Positions 9,455-18,297 of a DNA stretch of 32,000 nt are shown here, one piece after another; position 1 is the first letter of the stretch, and every line of letters starts with the position of its first letter. The notes under the pieces were generated by a model that made no database searches, was not told where the DNA came from, and saw only the letters and a list, made by a program, of their open reading frames with translations. Source of the DNA: Candidatus Saccharimonadota bacterium (GTDB lineage: Bacteria > Bacteroidota > Bacteroidia > Cytophagales > Amoebophilaceae); assembly GCF_003351905.1 (NCBI RefSeq), contig NZ_CP022339.1, positions 540,001 through 572,000 on the forward strand, given 5' to 3'. Made by a program: the position numbers and the translations under genes.

Positions 9455-9870
9455 ATCGATTTAAATATTTTTTGTTAAATTTGCCCAACCTTTTTGGTGT
9501 AAAGACGCCTTATTGTTGCTTGTCGGTTCCACCTATAGACCACGTAGACAACGGCATCCTTTTGCTAAATTACAAAAAAGGAAAGAAACCGAATAGGACC
9601 AGCTGCGCATAACAAATTTCCATAATGGTTTTTTAGGGGGAAAATATAAGGGGGGAAGGTATGCAAAAAGACTGCAATTATTTTATATATATTTTCATTG
9701 GAAATCAATATTTTAATTGCATAAAAGTATGCTAGATGCATGCTAGGTAACGATAAGGCGCAAGCCATTTATGTAAGCTTTACCAAGTTACACGACCGCT
9801 CTAGGTCACCTCTTACCCTGGAGTAAGGAAAGATGGCCAATCTGTAATCCAAAACAGCTAAAAAACAAAA

Positions 9871-11031
9871 ATGAAAGTACAAATAGTTATTCCAAAACTT
9901 GGTTTTGTATTGTTAATGGTGATGTTAAGTTCATTCTTTAAGTTTTGTAAAGATCGTAACTCAGTTCGGGTGCCATTGTCGGTCTCAGATCAAAAAAACA
10001 CCAACGAAAATAATACTACCGGTGAACAAGATCCTAAACCTGAACTAAACCCTCGTGTTGCAAACCCTCCTGCTGCAAATTCTTCTAGTAATAAACCAAA
10101 GATAGAGACGCCTGGATCTGATCCAGCGGAGAAGCAGCATAGTAGTGATTCCGATCATGACAAAAATAATGGTGATGGTGGTAATGGGGATGATCATGGT
10201 GAGTCTCTGGGCAGTAATGGCGGTGAAGAAAATGCAAATGATAATATTGGCATACATAATAATTTGGCTGATAATCAACTAGATTTAGGAGTTTTACATG
10301 CTAATACTGATGCTAATGCTAATCTAAATTTAGTTAACGATGCTCAAGAAAATATCGTGACTTCGTTAAACACAACGGCAGGCAGTCCCAAAGTTGTTAC
10401 CCGATCTATATCTCCTTCGCCATCTTTTCAAAGTAGTGCATCTAAGAGCATGTCAGGTAGGGTTAGGGGTACGCCTAAGTCAGATGATGTACATAGTATA
10501 GCGTCTTCTGTTAAAAGTTCTGTCAATAAACTTAAGTTTAAATTAATTAAAAAATTTGCTAAAAAAAGTTTGACGACGCAGGCGTATAAGATGAGGGAAG
10601 AAGCGAATCGAAGGGTATCTAAGGCAGGGGAATATGAGAAGATTATTATGTATGTGAACCGATTTATTCGTACAAAGAAGATCACAGAGAAGATCACAGA
10701 GAAGATAAAGACTATTAGTTCGTATGCTGATGCAGCTGGTAATTCGGTTGCGGCGGCTCGGTGTGCGTTTAATAAGTTGAAGGTTGAGGTGGGGAATGTA
10801 GAGGGTGCAGAGAAAGCTTTGTTGAAGGCTAAGGCGGGTGCTGCTTTGCAGGAAGTAGATAAACACTTAAAAGATCTGACTGAACATAAGGATGCGGCGA
10901 GGAATTCGGCGAATAATGCGCGGAGTGCGCTGGGATTTATAGTAGAAAATATACCTGATTATCAGAATAATACGTTGATTCTTATGTTAAATTGGGTGGA
11001 TGATCAGATGGTTCTGGTGCACAGTGGTTAG
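9871..11031 (+). CDS. Hypothetical secreted protein or lipoprotein with a D/N/G/S-rich low-complexity region and a helical C-terminal domain
   Basis: 386 aa. The leader is MKVQIVIPKLGFVLLMVMLSSFFKFC, with Cys26 conserved in the downstream paralogue. Residues about 40-200 are compositionally biased (DSDHDKNNGDGGNGDDHGE...). The C-terminal part is predicted helical or coiled (KITEKITEKIK, ALLKAKAGAALQEVDKHLKDL). I recognise no family. Confidence 0.6.
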   Translation: MKVQIVIPKLGFVLLMVMLSSFFKFCKDRNSVRVPLSVSDQKNTNENNTTGEQDPKPELNPRVANPPAANSSSNKPKIETPGSDPAEKQHSSDSDHDKNNGDGGNGDDHGESLGSNGGEENANDNIGIHNNLADNQLDLGVLHANTDANANLNLVNDAQENIVTSLNTTAGSPKVVTRSISPSPSFQSSASKSMSGRVRGTPKSDDVHSIASSVKSSVNKLKFKLIKKFAKKSLTTQAYKMREEANRRVSKAGEYEKIIMYVNRFIRTKKITEKITEKIKTISSYADAAGNSVAAARCAFNKLKVEVGNVEGAEKALLKAKAGAALQEVDKHLKDLTEHKDAARNSANNARSALGFIVENIPDYQNNTLILMLNWVDDQMVLVHSG

Positions 11032-11075
11032 CCAGGCGTTGGATTCGAAGAATGGCTAAAAGAAAAAAATAAAAT

Positions 11076-11519
11076 ATGAAGCTATCCATAGCTATTCCAA
11101 AGCTTGGTTTTATATTGTTAATCTTCATGCTAAGTACATTTTGGGTAAGCTGTGACAAGCATAAAAAGATAGCCATTAAAAATGGCAAGCCTACAAAAAA
11201 GCAGATGGAAGATGGTGCAAGCGACCGCTTAGCTAGCGACCCCCAGCCAGGGGATGGGCATATGGGCAGTAAGAATATGGATACAAACCATACAGCAGCG
11301 GATGCGCAAGGCCAAAGCAATACACCAACCGGATCAATGCATGCATCTGCCAACCCACCGAATCAATCGAGTGAGCAGCAGGGGGAACTAGGTAAGTGGG
11401 CAAAGAGGGGGAAGTGTATAGATAAACGCAAGCATGAGGTGCAAGCAGGTGAAAAAACACGTTGGCAAGCAGCCACAGACTTGATGAGAAAAGCATGGAA
11501 GCGCATAAGGAATAAATGA
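11076..11519 (+). CDS. Hypothetical small lipoprotein or secreted protein that shares its leader peptide with the upstream gene
   Basis: 147 aa. The leader MKLSIAIPKLGFILLIFMLSTFWVSC aligns position for position with the leader of 9871..11031, and the DNA is also clearly alignable by eye. The mature part is polar and basic with no recognisable domain. Confidence 0.5.
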   Translation: MKLSIAIPKLGFILLIFMLSTFWVSCDKHKKIAIKNGKPTKKQMEDGASDRLASDPQPGDGHMGSKNMDTNHTAADAQGQSNTPTGSMHASANPPNQSSEQQGELGKWAKRGKCIDKRKHEVQAGEKTRWQAATDLMRKAWKRIRNK

Positions 11520-11632
11520 TGCAAAATAGATAATTTGTACCAATAGTGTCCTCTTTATGTTCGCGCCACTGGCTGAATGATTTGCTTTTTCTCCCATCGG
11601 CACAATAATTTTCTAGCTGGTAAAATTATTTG

Positions 11633-11640
11633 TAAATTTG
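11633..11640 (+). promoter_or_regulatory. Candidate Bacteroidota -7 promoter element (TAnnTTTG) upstream of rpmF
   Basis: taaatttg matches TAnnTTTG exactly, 76 nt upstream of the rpmF ATG. No convincing TTTG -33 element is present, and this motif occurs by chance in AT-rich DNA. Confidence 0.25.
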
Positions 11641-11715
11641 GGTACTTGTTACCCCTTAAAAGGGATAAATTCAAAAATAACTTATTCGTTTTAAATTTAA
11701 ATAAATTATAGCAAC

Positions 11716-11901
11716 ATGGCACATCCAAAGAAAAGATCGTCTGCTTCCAGAAGAGATAAGCGAAGAACCCATGTGAAGCTTGCCATGCCCGCGCTAGTGG
11801 TTTGTCCGGTTACCGGCGTGGTACATACGCCACACCGTGCATTTTGGCATGAAGATAAAATGTATTATAAGGGCAGGGTGGTGATGCATAGGGCAGGTTA
11901 A
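11716..11901 (+). CDS. rpmF: 50S ribosomal protein L32
   Basis: 61 aa. MAHPKKRSSASRRDKRRTH... is a canonical L32 N-terminus. Confidence 0.93.
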   Translation: MAHPKKRSSASRRDKRRTHVKLAMPALVVCPVTGVVHTPHRAFWHEDKMYYKGRVVMHRAG

Positions 11902-11913
11902 ATTACGCTGTAG

Positions 11914-12924
11914 ATGAAGCTAATAAAGCGTGCCTCTATTGCAGGTGTAGCTGGATATGTGCCAGACGATGTGTTGACCAATGATGCGTTGGAGCAGATG
12001 GTCGCTACCAATGATCAGTGGATTACCACTAGAACCGGTATTCAAGAACGCAGGATCCTAAAAGGGGAAGGGCTAGGTACCTCGGTTATGGCCATACAGG
12101 CTGTCAAGGATTTGTTAGAAAAAACAGCTACCGATCCTGCTACGGTAGATCTCCTGATATGTGCAACCATTACGCCAGATCAGGTTACGCCTGCTACCGC
12201 TACCATCATTGCCCATGCGGTGGGCGCTACCCGTTCGTTTAGTTACGACTTACAAGCTGCCTGCTCGGGTTTTCTCTATGCACTCGATACCGCTGCTCAG
12301 TTTATTGCTTCCGGTAGCGCTAAAAAAGTGATTGTAGTAGGTGCAGATAAGATGTCTGCTATTACCGATTATACAGATCGGGCTACCTGTATTCTGTTTG
12401 GGGATGGTGCGGGTGCCGTTCTGGTAACGGAAGCTGAGGCAGATCATGGTATTGTAGATACCATCTGCAAATCAGATGGCGGAGGCCAACACTTGCTTTA
12501 TCAAAAAGCAGGCGGCAGTAGGTGGCCCGCTTCTCATGCAACCGTAGATGCGAAAGCCCATTACATTCACCAAGATGGCCAAAATGTATTTAAAGCAGCA
12601 GTTACCGCTATGTCAGAAGTGGTGATGGAAATCATGACTGGCCATCAGCTTACACCAGCTGATATTGCTTATCTGGTGCCTCATCAAGCCAATAGGCGCA
12701 TCCTGCAACTTGTGGCCGATCGTGTAGCTATTCCTATGGAAAAAGTGATGCTGAACATTCATAAGTATGGCAATACAACAGCAGCAACCATTCCCCTTTG
12801 TTTGTGGGATTATGAATCAAAACTAAAAAAAGGAGATAAGTTGATACTCACTGTTTTTGGTGGAGGTTTTACTTGGGGAGGGATGTATATGATTTGGGGG
12901 TATGATGGTTGTAAAATGATGTAA
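11914..12924 (+). CDS. fabH: 3-oxoacyl-ACP synthase III
   Basis: 336 aa. The active-site Cys context is QAACSGFLYAL. His (VPHQANRRI) and Asn (YGNTTAATIP) motifs are present, and the C-terminal GGGFTWGG motif is typical of FabH. Confidence 0.93.
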   Translation: MKLIKRASIAGVAGYVPDDVLTNDALEQMVATNDQWITTRTGIQERRILKGEGLGTSVMAIQAVKDLLEKTATDPATVDLLICATITPDQVTPATATIIAHAVGATRSFSYDLQAACSGFLYALDTAAQFIASGSAKKVIVVGADKMSAITDYTDRATCILFGDGAGAVLVTEAEADHGIVDTICKSDGGGQHLLYQKAGGSRWPASHATVDAKAHYIHQDGQNVFKAAVTAMSEVVMEIMTGHQLTPADIAYLVPHQANRRILQLVADRVAIPMEKVMLNIHKYGNTTAATIPLCLWDYESKLKKGDKLILTVFGGGFTWGGMYMIWGYDGCKMM

Positions 12925-12979
12925 ACGTTGATGTTTAAGAAAAGTAAAATATATTTAGTAGCAATAAGCGCAAGATGTT

Positions 12980-13555
12980 ATGGCAAATACCAGTGATATT
13001 AAGAATGGCCTTTGTATTCTATTGAATCATGATATTTATAGTGTAGTGGAATTTCAACACGTCAAGCCAGGTAAAGGAGCTGCTTTTGTGCGAACCAAGC
13101 TAAAGAGCTTAACCAAAGATAGGCAAATAGACCATACCTTTAATGCGGGTGTAAAAATCCATATCGCACGTGTCGAACGCAGACCCTATCAGTTTCTTTA
13201 TAAAGATAGTGCCGGATATACTTTTATGCACACGGAGACCTTTGAACAACTCACCATTGCCCCCGAATTGATTCATACCCCTCAATTCTTAAAAGAAGGG
13301 CAACAGGTGGAAGTCGTTTACCATGATGATGAAAATGTCGTATTAAAGTGTGAATTGCCTCCATCTGTCCTATTGCGGATTACCTATACAGAGCCAGGGC
13401 TCAGAGGCGATACTGCTACAAAAACGTTAAAACCAGCTACCCTAGAAACAGGCGTAGAGGTTCGGGTGCCGCTATTCATTAATAATGAAGATCTTGTAAA
13501 GATAGATACCCGTACTGGACTCTATATGGAACGGGTCAATGAGCAGAAAAAGTAA
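12980..13555 (+). CDS. efp: Elongation factor P
   Basis: 191 aa. The sequence [41 protein letters not shown] is the EF-P KOW-like domain with the KPGKG loop. Confidence 0.93.
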   Translation: MANTSDIKNGLCILLNHDIYSVVEFQHVKPGKGAAFVRTKLKSLTKDRQIDHTFNAGVKIHIARVERRPYQFLYKDSAGYTFMHTETFEQLTIAPELIHTPQFLKEGQQVEVVYHDDENVVLKCELPPSVLLRITYTEPGLRGDTATKTLKPATLETGVEVRVPLFINNEDLVKIDTRTGLYMERVNEQKK

Positions 13556-13557
13556 AT

Positions 13558-13995
13558 ATGAAAACGAAAGAAATTCAGGAGCTAATTGACTTTATTACCA
13601 AGTCAGGGTTAGAAGAGGTGCATATTGAAACGGAAGCCATTAAAATCCATGTAAAAAGGAGCATGCCTATCCCGGGACATATGGCATCACTTGCTCCCAG
13701 CACCCTGTCGTTGCCTACACAAGCAGCTGTTCCAGAGCATAACCCCCAATATATCACGATTAAGTCCCCAATGATTGGTACTTTCTACCGATCACCTAAT
13801 CCTGAAGCCGCCCCTTTTGTAAAAGAGGGTGATGCAATTGTAAAGGGAACCAAGCTCTGCATCATAGAGGCTATGAAGCTCTATAATGAAATAGAGTCAG
13901 AAGTCACTGGAAAAATCGTACAAGTCTTGGTAGATGATGTCTCGCCTGTGGAATATGATCAACCCCTGTTTTTAGTAGATCCCGTTACCGGATAA
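13558..13995 (+). CDS. accB: Acetyl-CoA carboxylase biotin carboxyl carrier protein
   Basis: 145 aa. It has a Pro/Ala-rich linker and a biotinyl domain with the biotinylation motif [12 protein letters not shown]. It sits between efp and accC. Confidence 0.9.
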   Translation: MKTKEIQELIDFITKSGLEEVHIETEAIKIHVKRSMPIPGHMASLAPSTLSLPTQAAVPEHNPQYITIKSPMIGTFYRSPNPEAAPFVKEGDAIVKGTKLCIIEAMKLYNEIESEVTGKIVQVLVDDVSPVEYDQPLFLVDPVTG

Positions 13996-14027
13996 CGATC
14001 GCATCCATCTTTCCAGTTTGATCTTTT

Positions 14028-15383
14028 ATGTTTCGAAAAATATTGATTGCCAATCGTGGAGAAATTGCTTTAAGCATCATTCGGGTTTGCAAAGAAATGG
14101 GTATTAAAACCGTTGCGGTGCATTCTACCGCAGATAGGGATAGTTTGCATGTCCGTTTTGCAGATGAATCTGTCTGTGTGGGTCCTCCTGCCAGCCATTT
14201 ATCTTATCTTTCTATTCCATCCATTATTGCCGCTGCTGAGGTGACCGATGCCCATGCAATTCATCCAGGTTATGGGTTTTTATCTGAAAATGCTGGTTTT
14301 TCCAGTATTTGTGCAGAATATGGTATTAAATTTATAGGGCCTTCTGCGGAAGCTATCCGCAAAATGGGCGATAAGTCTACCGCAAAAGCCACAATGCAGG
14401 CGGCTGGTGTGCCTACTGTCCCTGGTTCCAATGGGTTGCTTACCTCTGTGGAAGAAGGCATTCGCTTGGCCCATGAAATAGGCTTTCCTGTATTGTTGAA
14501 GGCAACCGCAGGGGGGGGAGGGAAAGGCATCAAGTTGGTTGAGACAGCTGAGGCATTCCACCAAAAATGGATAGAGGCCAGGCAAGAAGCCATCGCCTCT
14601 TTTGGTAAGGATGGGCTATATTTGGAAAAATATATAGAAGAACCCCGCCATATTGAAATACAAATCGTTGCAGATCAATATGGTCAAGTCATACATCTAT
14701 CTGAACGAGATTGCTCCATTCAGCGTAGGCACCAAAAATTAGTAGAAGAATCTCCCTCTCCCTTTGTAACCGCACCATTACGGGCCAAGATAACAGAAGC
14801 AGCACTAAAGGGCGTAGCGGCTATAGGGTATGAAGGAGTGGGTACCATGGAATTTCTAGTGGATAAACACCACAATTTCTACTTTATGGAAATGAATACC
14901 CGCATTCAAGTGGAATATCTTGTTACAGAAGCGGTTACAGGCTTTAACCTACTCAGAACGCAAATTGAAATCGCAGCTGGGCAGCGACTAAATGGCCCCA
15001 ATCTATATCCTCAAGGGCACGCTATAGAACTCCGTATTAATGCAGAAGATCCCTTCCATGGCTTTCGACCCGCCCCTGGTAAAATTAACTATGTGCATTT
15101 CCCAGGTGGGTTAGGCATTACCATTGCCAGCCATATTTACGCTGGATATGTAGTGCCTGCACACTATGATTCTATGATTGCCAAACTAATTGTACATGCA
15201 GCTACTAGAGGCGATGCCATTGCCAGCATAAAGCGGGCATTAGAAGAGTTTGTTATAGAAGGTATTCCAACCAATATACCTTTCCATCGTGCTTTGGTAG
15301 AGGATGAGGCCTTCCAAAAAGGTCAATTTACCACGCAGTATTTAGATACTTTTGACTTTTCACTCCTTAAACAAGAAGAGTAA
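14028..15383 (+). CDS. accC: Acetyl-CoA carboxylase biotin carboxylase subunit
   Basis: 451 aa. An ATP-grasp carboxylase with KILIANRGEIA, GYGFLSEN, KATAGGGGKG, RDCSIQRRHQKLVEE, EMNTRIQVE and RINAEDP motifs. The usually invariant EHPVTE motif reads EYLVTE here. Confidence 0.93.
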   Translation: MFRKILIANRGEIALSIIRVCKEMGIKTVAVHSTADRDSLHVRFADESVCVGPPASHLSYLSIPSIIAAAEVTDAHAIHPGYGFLSENAGFSSICAEYGIKFIGPSAEAIRKMGDKSTAKATMQAAGVPTVPGSNGLLTSVEEGIRLAHEIGFPVLLKATAGGGGKGIKLVETAEAFHQKWIEARQEAIASFGKDGLYLEKYIEEPRHIEIQIVADQYGQVIHLSERDCSIQRRHQKLVEESPSPFVTAPLRAKITEAALKGVAAIGYEGVGTMEFLVDKHHNFYFMEMNTRIQVEYLVTEAVTGFNLLRTQIEIAAGQRLNGPNLYPQGHAIELRINAEDPFHGFRPAPGKINYVHFPGGLGITIASHIYAGYVVPAHYDSMIAKLIVHAATRGDAIASIKRALEEFVIEGIPTNIPFHRALVEDEAFQKGQFTTQYLDTFDFSLLKQEE

Positions 15384-15408
15384 AAAGAGCGCCACGCTAG
15401 CCATACTT

Positions 15409-15451
15409 GCGCATCAGTAGGTAATATCGGTTGATGGGCGTTTTTTATTTT
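15409..15451 (+). terminator. Candidate intrinsic terminator after accC
   Basis: The stem gcgcatca (15409-15416) pairs with tgatgggcg (15432-15440), with a 2-nt bulge, and is followed by ttttttatttt. The stem is modest. Confidence 0.35.
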
Positions 15452-15468
15452 ATGGAAAAAAGCTTAGC

Positions 15469-15497
15469 TTTGTTAAGCTTTACCCTTTCTAATTTTG
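15469..15497 (+). promoter_or_regulatory. Candidate Bacteroidota promoter (TTTG ... TAnnTTTG) for rplU-rpmA
   Basis: tttg lies at 15469-15472 and taattttg at 15490-15497, an exact TAnnTTTG match 34 nt upstream of the rplU ATG. This is motif evidence only. Confidence 0.3.
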
Positions 15498-15530
15498 AGA
15501 GGGTTATTATTTTTTAGCTTATAGAAATAT

Positions 15531-15845
15531 ATGTATGCAATTGTAGAAATAGCTGGGAAGCAGTTTAAAGTTTCCAAAGCGCAGTGGCTCTACACTCCTA
15601 AATTGCAAAGTGAAGTAGGTGCTTTGCTCACTTTTGATAAGGTTTTACTTTTAGATGATGAAGCAGGAGCGGTGACCGTTGGTGCACCTATGCTGAATGG
15701 GGTAACCATTATGGCCAAGGTGTTGGCACATACCAAGGCAGATAAAGTGATCGTTTTTAAGAAAAAAAGACGCAATGGTTATAAAGTAAAGCGGGGGCAT
15801 CGTCAAGCGCACACGCGGATTGTTATTGAAGATATTATAAACTAG
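15531..15845 (+). CDS. rplU: 50S ribosomal protein L21
   Basis: 104 aa. MYAIVEIAGKQFKV... is a canonical L21 start, and the gene is followed by rpmA. Confidence 0.94.
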   Translation: MYAIVEIAGKQFKVSKAQWLYTPKLQSEVGALLTFDKVLLLDDEAGAVTVGAPMLNGVTIMAKVLAHTKADKVIVFKKKRRNGYKVKRGHRQAHTRIVIEDIIN

Positions 15846-15854
15846 TATAATAAC

Positions 15855-16109
15855 ATGGCACATAAAAAGGGAGCTGGTAGCTCCCGTAATGGAAGGGATT
15901 CAGAAAGCAAGCGGCTTGGTATCAAAAAATATGGTGGGGAAGTAGTCATAGCCGGTCATATCCTTGTCAGGCAAAGGGGTACCCGCTATTACCCTGGTAA
16001 AAATGTAGGCTTGGGGAGAGATCATACTTTGTTTGCCTTAGCCGATGGAGTGGTTGTTTTTACCAAAAAGAAAGACATGCGTGCCATTGTTTCAGTAGAT
16101 AGCGTTTAG
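15855..16109 (+). CDS. rpmA: 50S ribosomal protein L27
   Basis: 84 aa. [28 protein letters not shown]... is canonical L27. Confidence 0.95.
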   Translation: MAHKKGAGSSRNGRDSESKRLGIKKYGGEVVIAGHILVRQRGTRYYPGKNVGLGRDHTLFALADGVVVFTKKKDMRAIVSVDSV

Positions 16110-16334
16110 TGCCCTTGGTGTTGCATACTGGTTCCTGTAATCAACAAAAAAGTAACAAGCTAAATGTGTTTATGGTTCGGAATCCGTAGGAGCCATGGGC
16201 ACCCAAAGCTCAGGCCTACTAGGCGTACGTGAGGAGGTAAGCACCAGATCGGGCTGCAAATGACCAGTAACCTTTTTGGAAGAGCGCTTATCCATTAACC
16301 ATTGGCGAACGAGATTCGCTAGAAAGATAATACT

Positions 16335-16688
16335 ATGGCTGTAAAAATAAGATTAGCTAGATGCGGTAGAAGACATCTGGCAGAGTATGACATCGTTGTA
16401 GCTGATGCCAGATCCCCTAGGGATGGTCGATTTATAGAAAAAATTGGGAATTATAATCCCAACACGGCCCCTGCAACGGTTCAGCTGAATGAAGCAAGTG
16501 CACTAAAGTGGCTTTTTCAGGGGGCGCAGCCTACCCACACCGTTAAAAGCCTTTTATCCAACCAGGGTGTGATGCTTAAAAAGCATCTTCAGGTAGGCGT
16601 TATAAAGGGGGCGATTACCCAAGCGCAAGCGGATGAAAGATTTGCCCATTGGAAGGCAGAAAAAGCAGCATCTAATCAGCGCCGATAG
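16335..16688 (+). CDS. rpsP: 30S ribosomal protein S16
   Basis: 117 aa. [42 protein letters not shown] is canonical S16. Confidence 0.93.
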   Translation: MAVKIRLARCGRRHLAEYDIVVADARSPRDGRFIEKIGNYNPNTAPATVQLNEASALKWLFQGAQPTHTVKSLLSNQGVMLKKHLQVGVIKGAITQAQADERFAHWKAEKAASNQRR

Positions 16689-16779
16689 GGCGACTTTCTT
16701 GGCCGTTTAGGTATTCGGTTATGGCGTGGTAAGCTTAGTAATTAACTTCATTTCAATCAAATATAAAATAGCTAATTAA

Positions 16780-17034
16780 ATGAATAGGGAAGATATTATG
16801 GCCAAGGTAGCAGCCATTGTTGTGGATAAGCTGAATGTATCAGCACAAGAGGTCCTGCCTACGGCACATTTTGCCAATAATTTAGGCGCTGATTCTTTAG
16901 ACCAAGTAGAGTTGGTTATGGAGCTTGAAAAAGAGTTTAAGGTAGATATTAAGGATGATGAAGCCACTCATTTACAAACCGTAGGTAGTGTGGTAGATTA
17001 CTTAGAAGAGACCTTAGTAAAACGCAAGGTCTAG
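16780..17034 (+). CDS. acpP: Acyl carrier protein
   Basis: 84 aa. The phosphopantetheine attachment motif LGADSLDQVELVMELEKEF is present. The gene lies immediately upstream of fabF. Confidence 0.93.
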   Translation: MNREDIMAKVAAIVVDKLNVSAQEVLPTAHFANNLGADSLDQVELVMELEKEFKVDIKDDEATHLQTVGSVVDYLEETLVKRKV

Positions 17035-17046
17035 TTTGCCTTTTCT

Positions 17047-18297
17047 ATGTTACCCACAAGAGTAGTTATTACAGGGTTAGGTGCCCTTACGCCCATTGGT
17101 AGTGGGGTTACAGCCTACTGGAATGGGTTGGTTGCTGGTCAAAGTGGTGCGGAACCCATTACTAGGTTTGATACAGCTAAGCATAAAACCAAGTTTGCTT
17201 GTACCTTAAAAGGCTATGATCCCCGCAACTACTTTGATGTAAAAGATATGCGGCGAATGGACCTATTTGCCCAGTATGCGATGGTAGCTGGGGATGAAGC
17301 CATACAAGATGCTGCATTGACTACTTCTTTCGTAGATAAAGAACGGGTAGCCATTGTATGGGGTTCTGGCATAGGCGGCTTAGGTACTACAGAAGAACTC
17401 GTTTTGGCGTTTGCTAAAAACGATATGGACCCAAGAGTTAATCCTTTTTTTATTCCCAAGGTTATACCAGATATTCCTGCTGGTCATCTCTCCATTAAAT
17501 ATGGATTTAAAGGTCCCAATTTTGCTACGGTAGCTGCATGTGCTTCTGCCTTAAATTCTATAGTAGCTGCTTGTCAGTTGATTAAGTTGGGTGATGCAGA
17601 TGTTGTAGTAGCAGGTGGTTCAGAATCGCCTATTATTCAAATAGGTATGGCTGGATTTAATGCATTAAAGGCCCTCTCGCAGCGCAATGAAGACTACCTA
17701 ACAGCCTCTCGTCCCTTTGACAAGACAAGGGATGGATTTGTAATGGGAGAAGGCGCAGGCGCTTTAGTCCTTGAGTCTTATGCCCATGCCCAAAAAAGAA
17801 ATGCTAAAATCTATGCTGAAGTAGTAGGGGTAGGCATGTCTGCAGATGCCTATCACATTACTGCACCCGATAAGGGAGGGGTTGTGTTGGCTTTGCAACG
17901 TGCATTAGCCAGTGCCCGGCTTACACCAGATGGCATAGACTATATCAATGCCCATGGCACCAGTACCCCGTTGGGTGATATCAATGAGATAGAGGCTATT
18001 CAACATGTATTTGGTGACCATGCCTATAGACTGAATATTAGCTCGACCAAGTCGATGACGGGTCACTTGCTGGGTGCAGCAGGTGCGATAGAGTCTATAG
18101 CTACTGTTTTGGCTTTGGTACATCAAGTGGTTCCTCCAACGATTAACCATAAGGTGTTAGATGAAGCCATTGATCCCCGCATCAATTTAACGTTGAACAA
18201 AGCAGAAAACAGACCGGTCTTATTTGCGCAAAACAATGCCTTTGGTTTTGGTGGACATAACGTTTCTATAATCTTCAAAAGATGGGAAGATTCCTGA
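17047..18297 (+). CDS. fabF: 3-oxoacyl-ACP synthase II
   Basis: 416 aa. The active-site Cys context is TVAACASALNSI. His motifs are present (YINAHGTSTPLGD and SSTKSMTGHLLGAAG), and the C-terminal NAFGFGGHN motif is typical of FabF. Confidence 0.93.
   Translation: MLPTRVVITGLGALTPIGSGVTAYWNGLVAGQSGAEPITRFDTAKHKTKFACTLKGYDPRNYFDVKDMRRMDLFAQYAMVAGDEAIQDAALTTSFVDKERVAIVWGSGIGGLGTTEELVLAFAKNDMDPRVNPFFIPKVIPDIPAGHLSIKYGFKGPNFATVAACASALNSIVAACQLIKLGDADVVVAGGSESPIIQIGMAGFNALKALSQRNEDYLTASRPFDKTRDGFVMGEGAGALVLESYAHAQKRNAKIYAEVVGVGMSADAYHITAPDKGGVVLALQRALASARLTPDGIDYINAHGTSTPLGDINEIEAIQHVFGDHAYRLNISSTKSMTGHLLGAAGAIESIATVLALVHQVVPPTINHKVLDEAIDPRINLTLNKAENRPVLFAQNNAFGFGGHNVSIIFKRWEDS

Noticed and set aside
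9455-9870. The 415-nt spacer between lnt and the first lipoprotein gene, including track ORFs 9409..9612 and 9565..9768
   Set aside because: I looked on both strands for a small gene, an RNA or repeats. I found only AT-rich sequence with trivial short palindromes (gctag-atgcat-gctag), so it is most simply a divergent promoter region.
10678-10707. 12-nt tandem repeat aagatcacagag, 2.5 copies, encoding KITEKITEKI
   Set aside because: It is a short in-frame microsatellite-like duplication inside a coiled region. It is possibly slippage-prone but too small to support any claim.
10045-11603. Minus-strand ORFs overlapping the two lipoprotein-like genes (10045..10278, 10428..10697, 10543..10866, 10982..11353, 11233..11496, 11388..11603)
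   Set aside because: They overlap one another and the plus-strand genes. The plus-strand ORFs are supported by the shared, conserved signal-peptide leader. The minus-strand products have no such features.
16170-16200. tRNA/tmRNA-like T-loop string ggttcggaatcc
   Set aside because: It has one base too many for the GGTTCGAATCC consensus. No acceptor, D or anticodon arms can be drawn around it, and there is no CCA-proximal pairing. I found no other tRNA-like T-arm in the window.
16200-16270. Possible SRP (4.5S) RNA because of gaggaggtaagcacc resembling the GGAAGGAAGCAGCC domain IV core
   Set aside because: The match is only partial, and the flanking helices required for domain IV cannot be formed. 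I kept the region only as a generic candidate leader.
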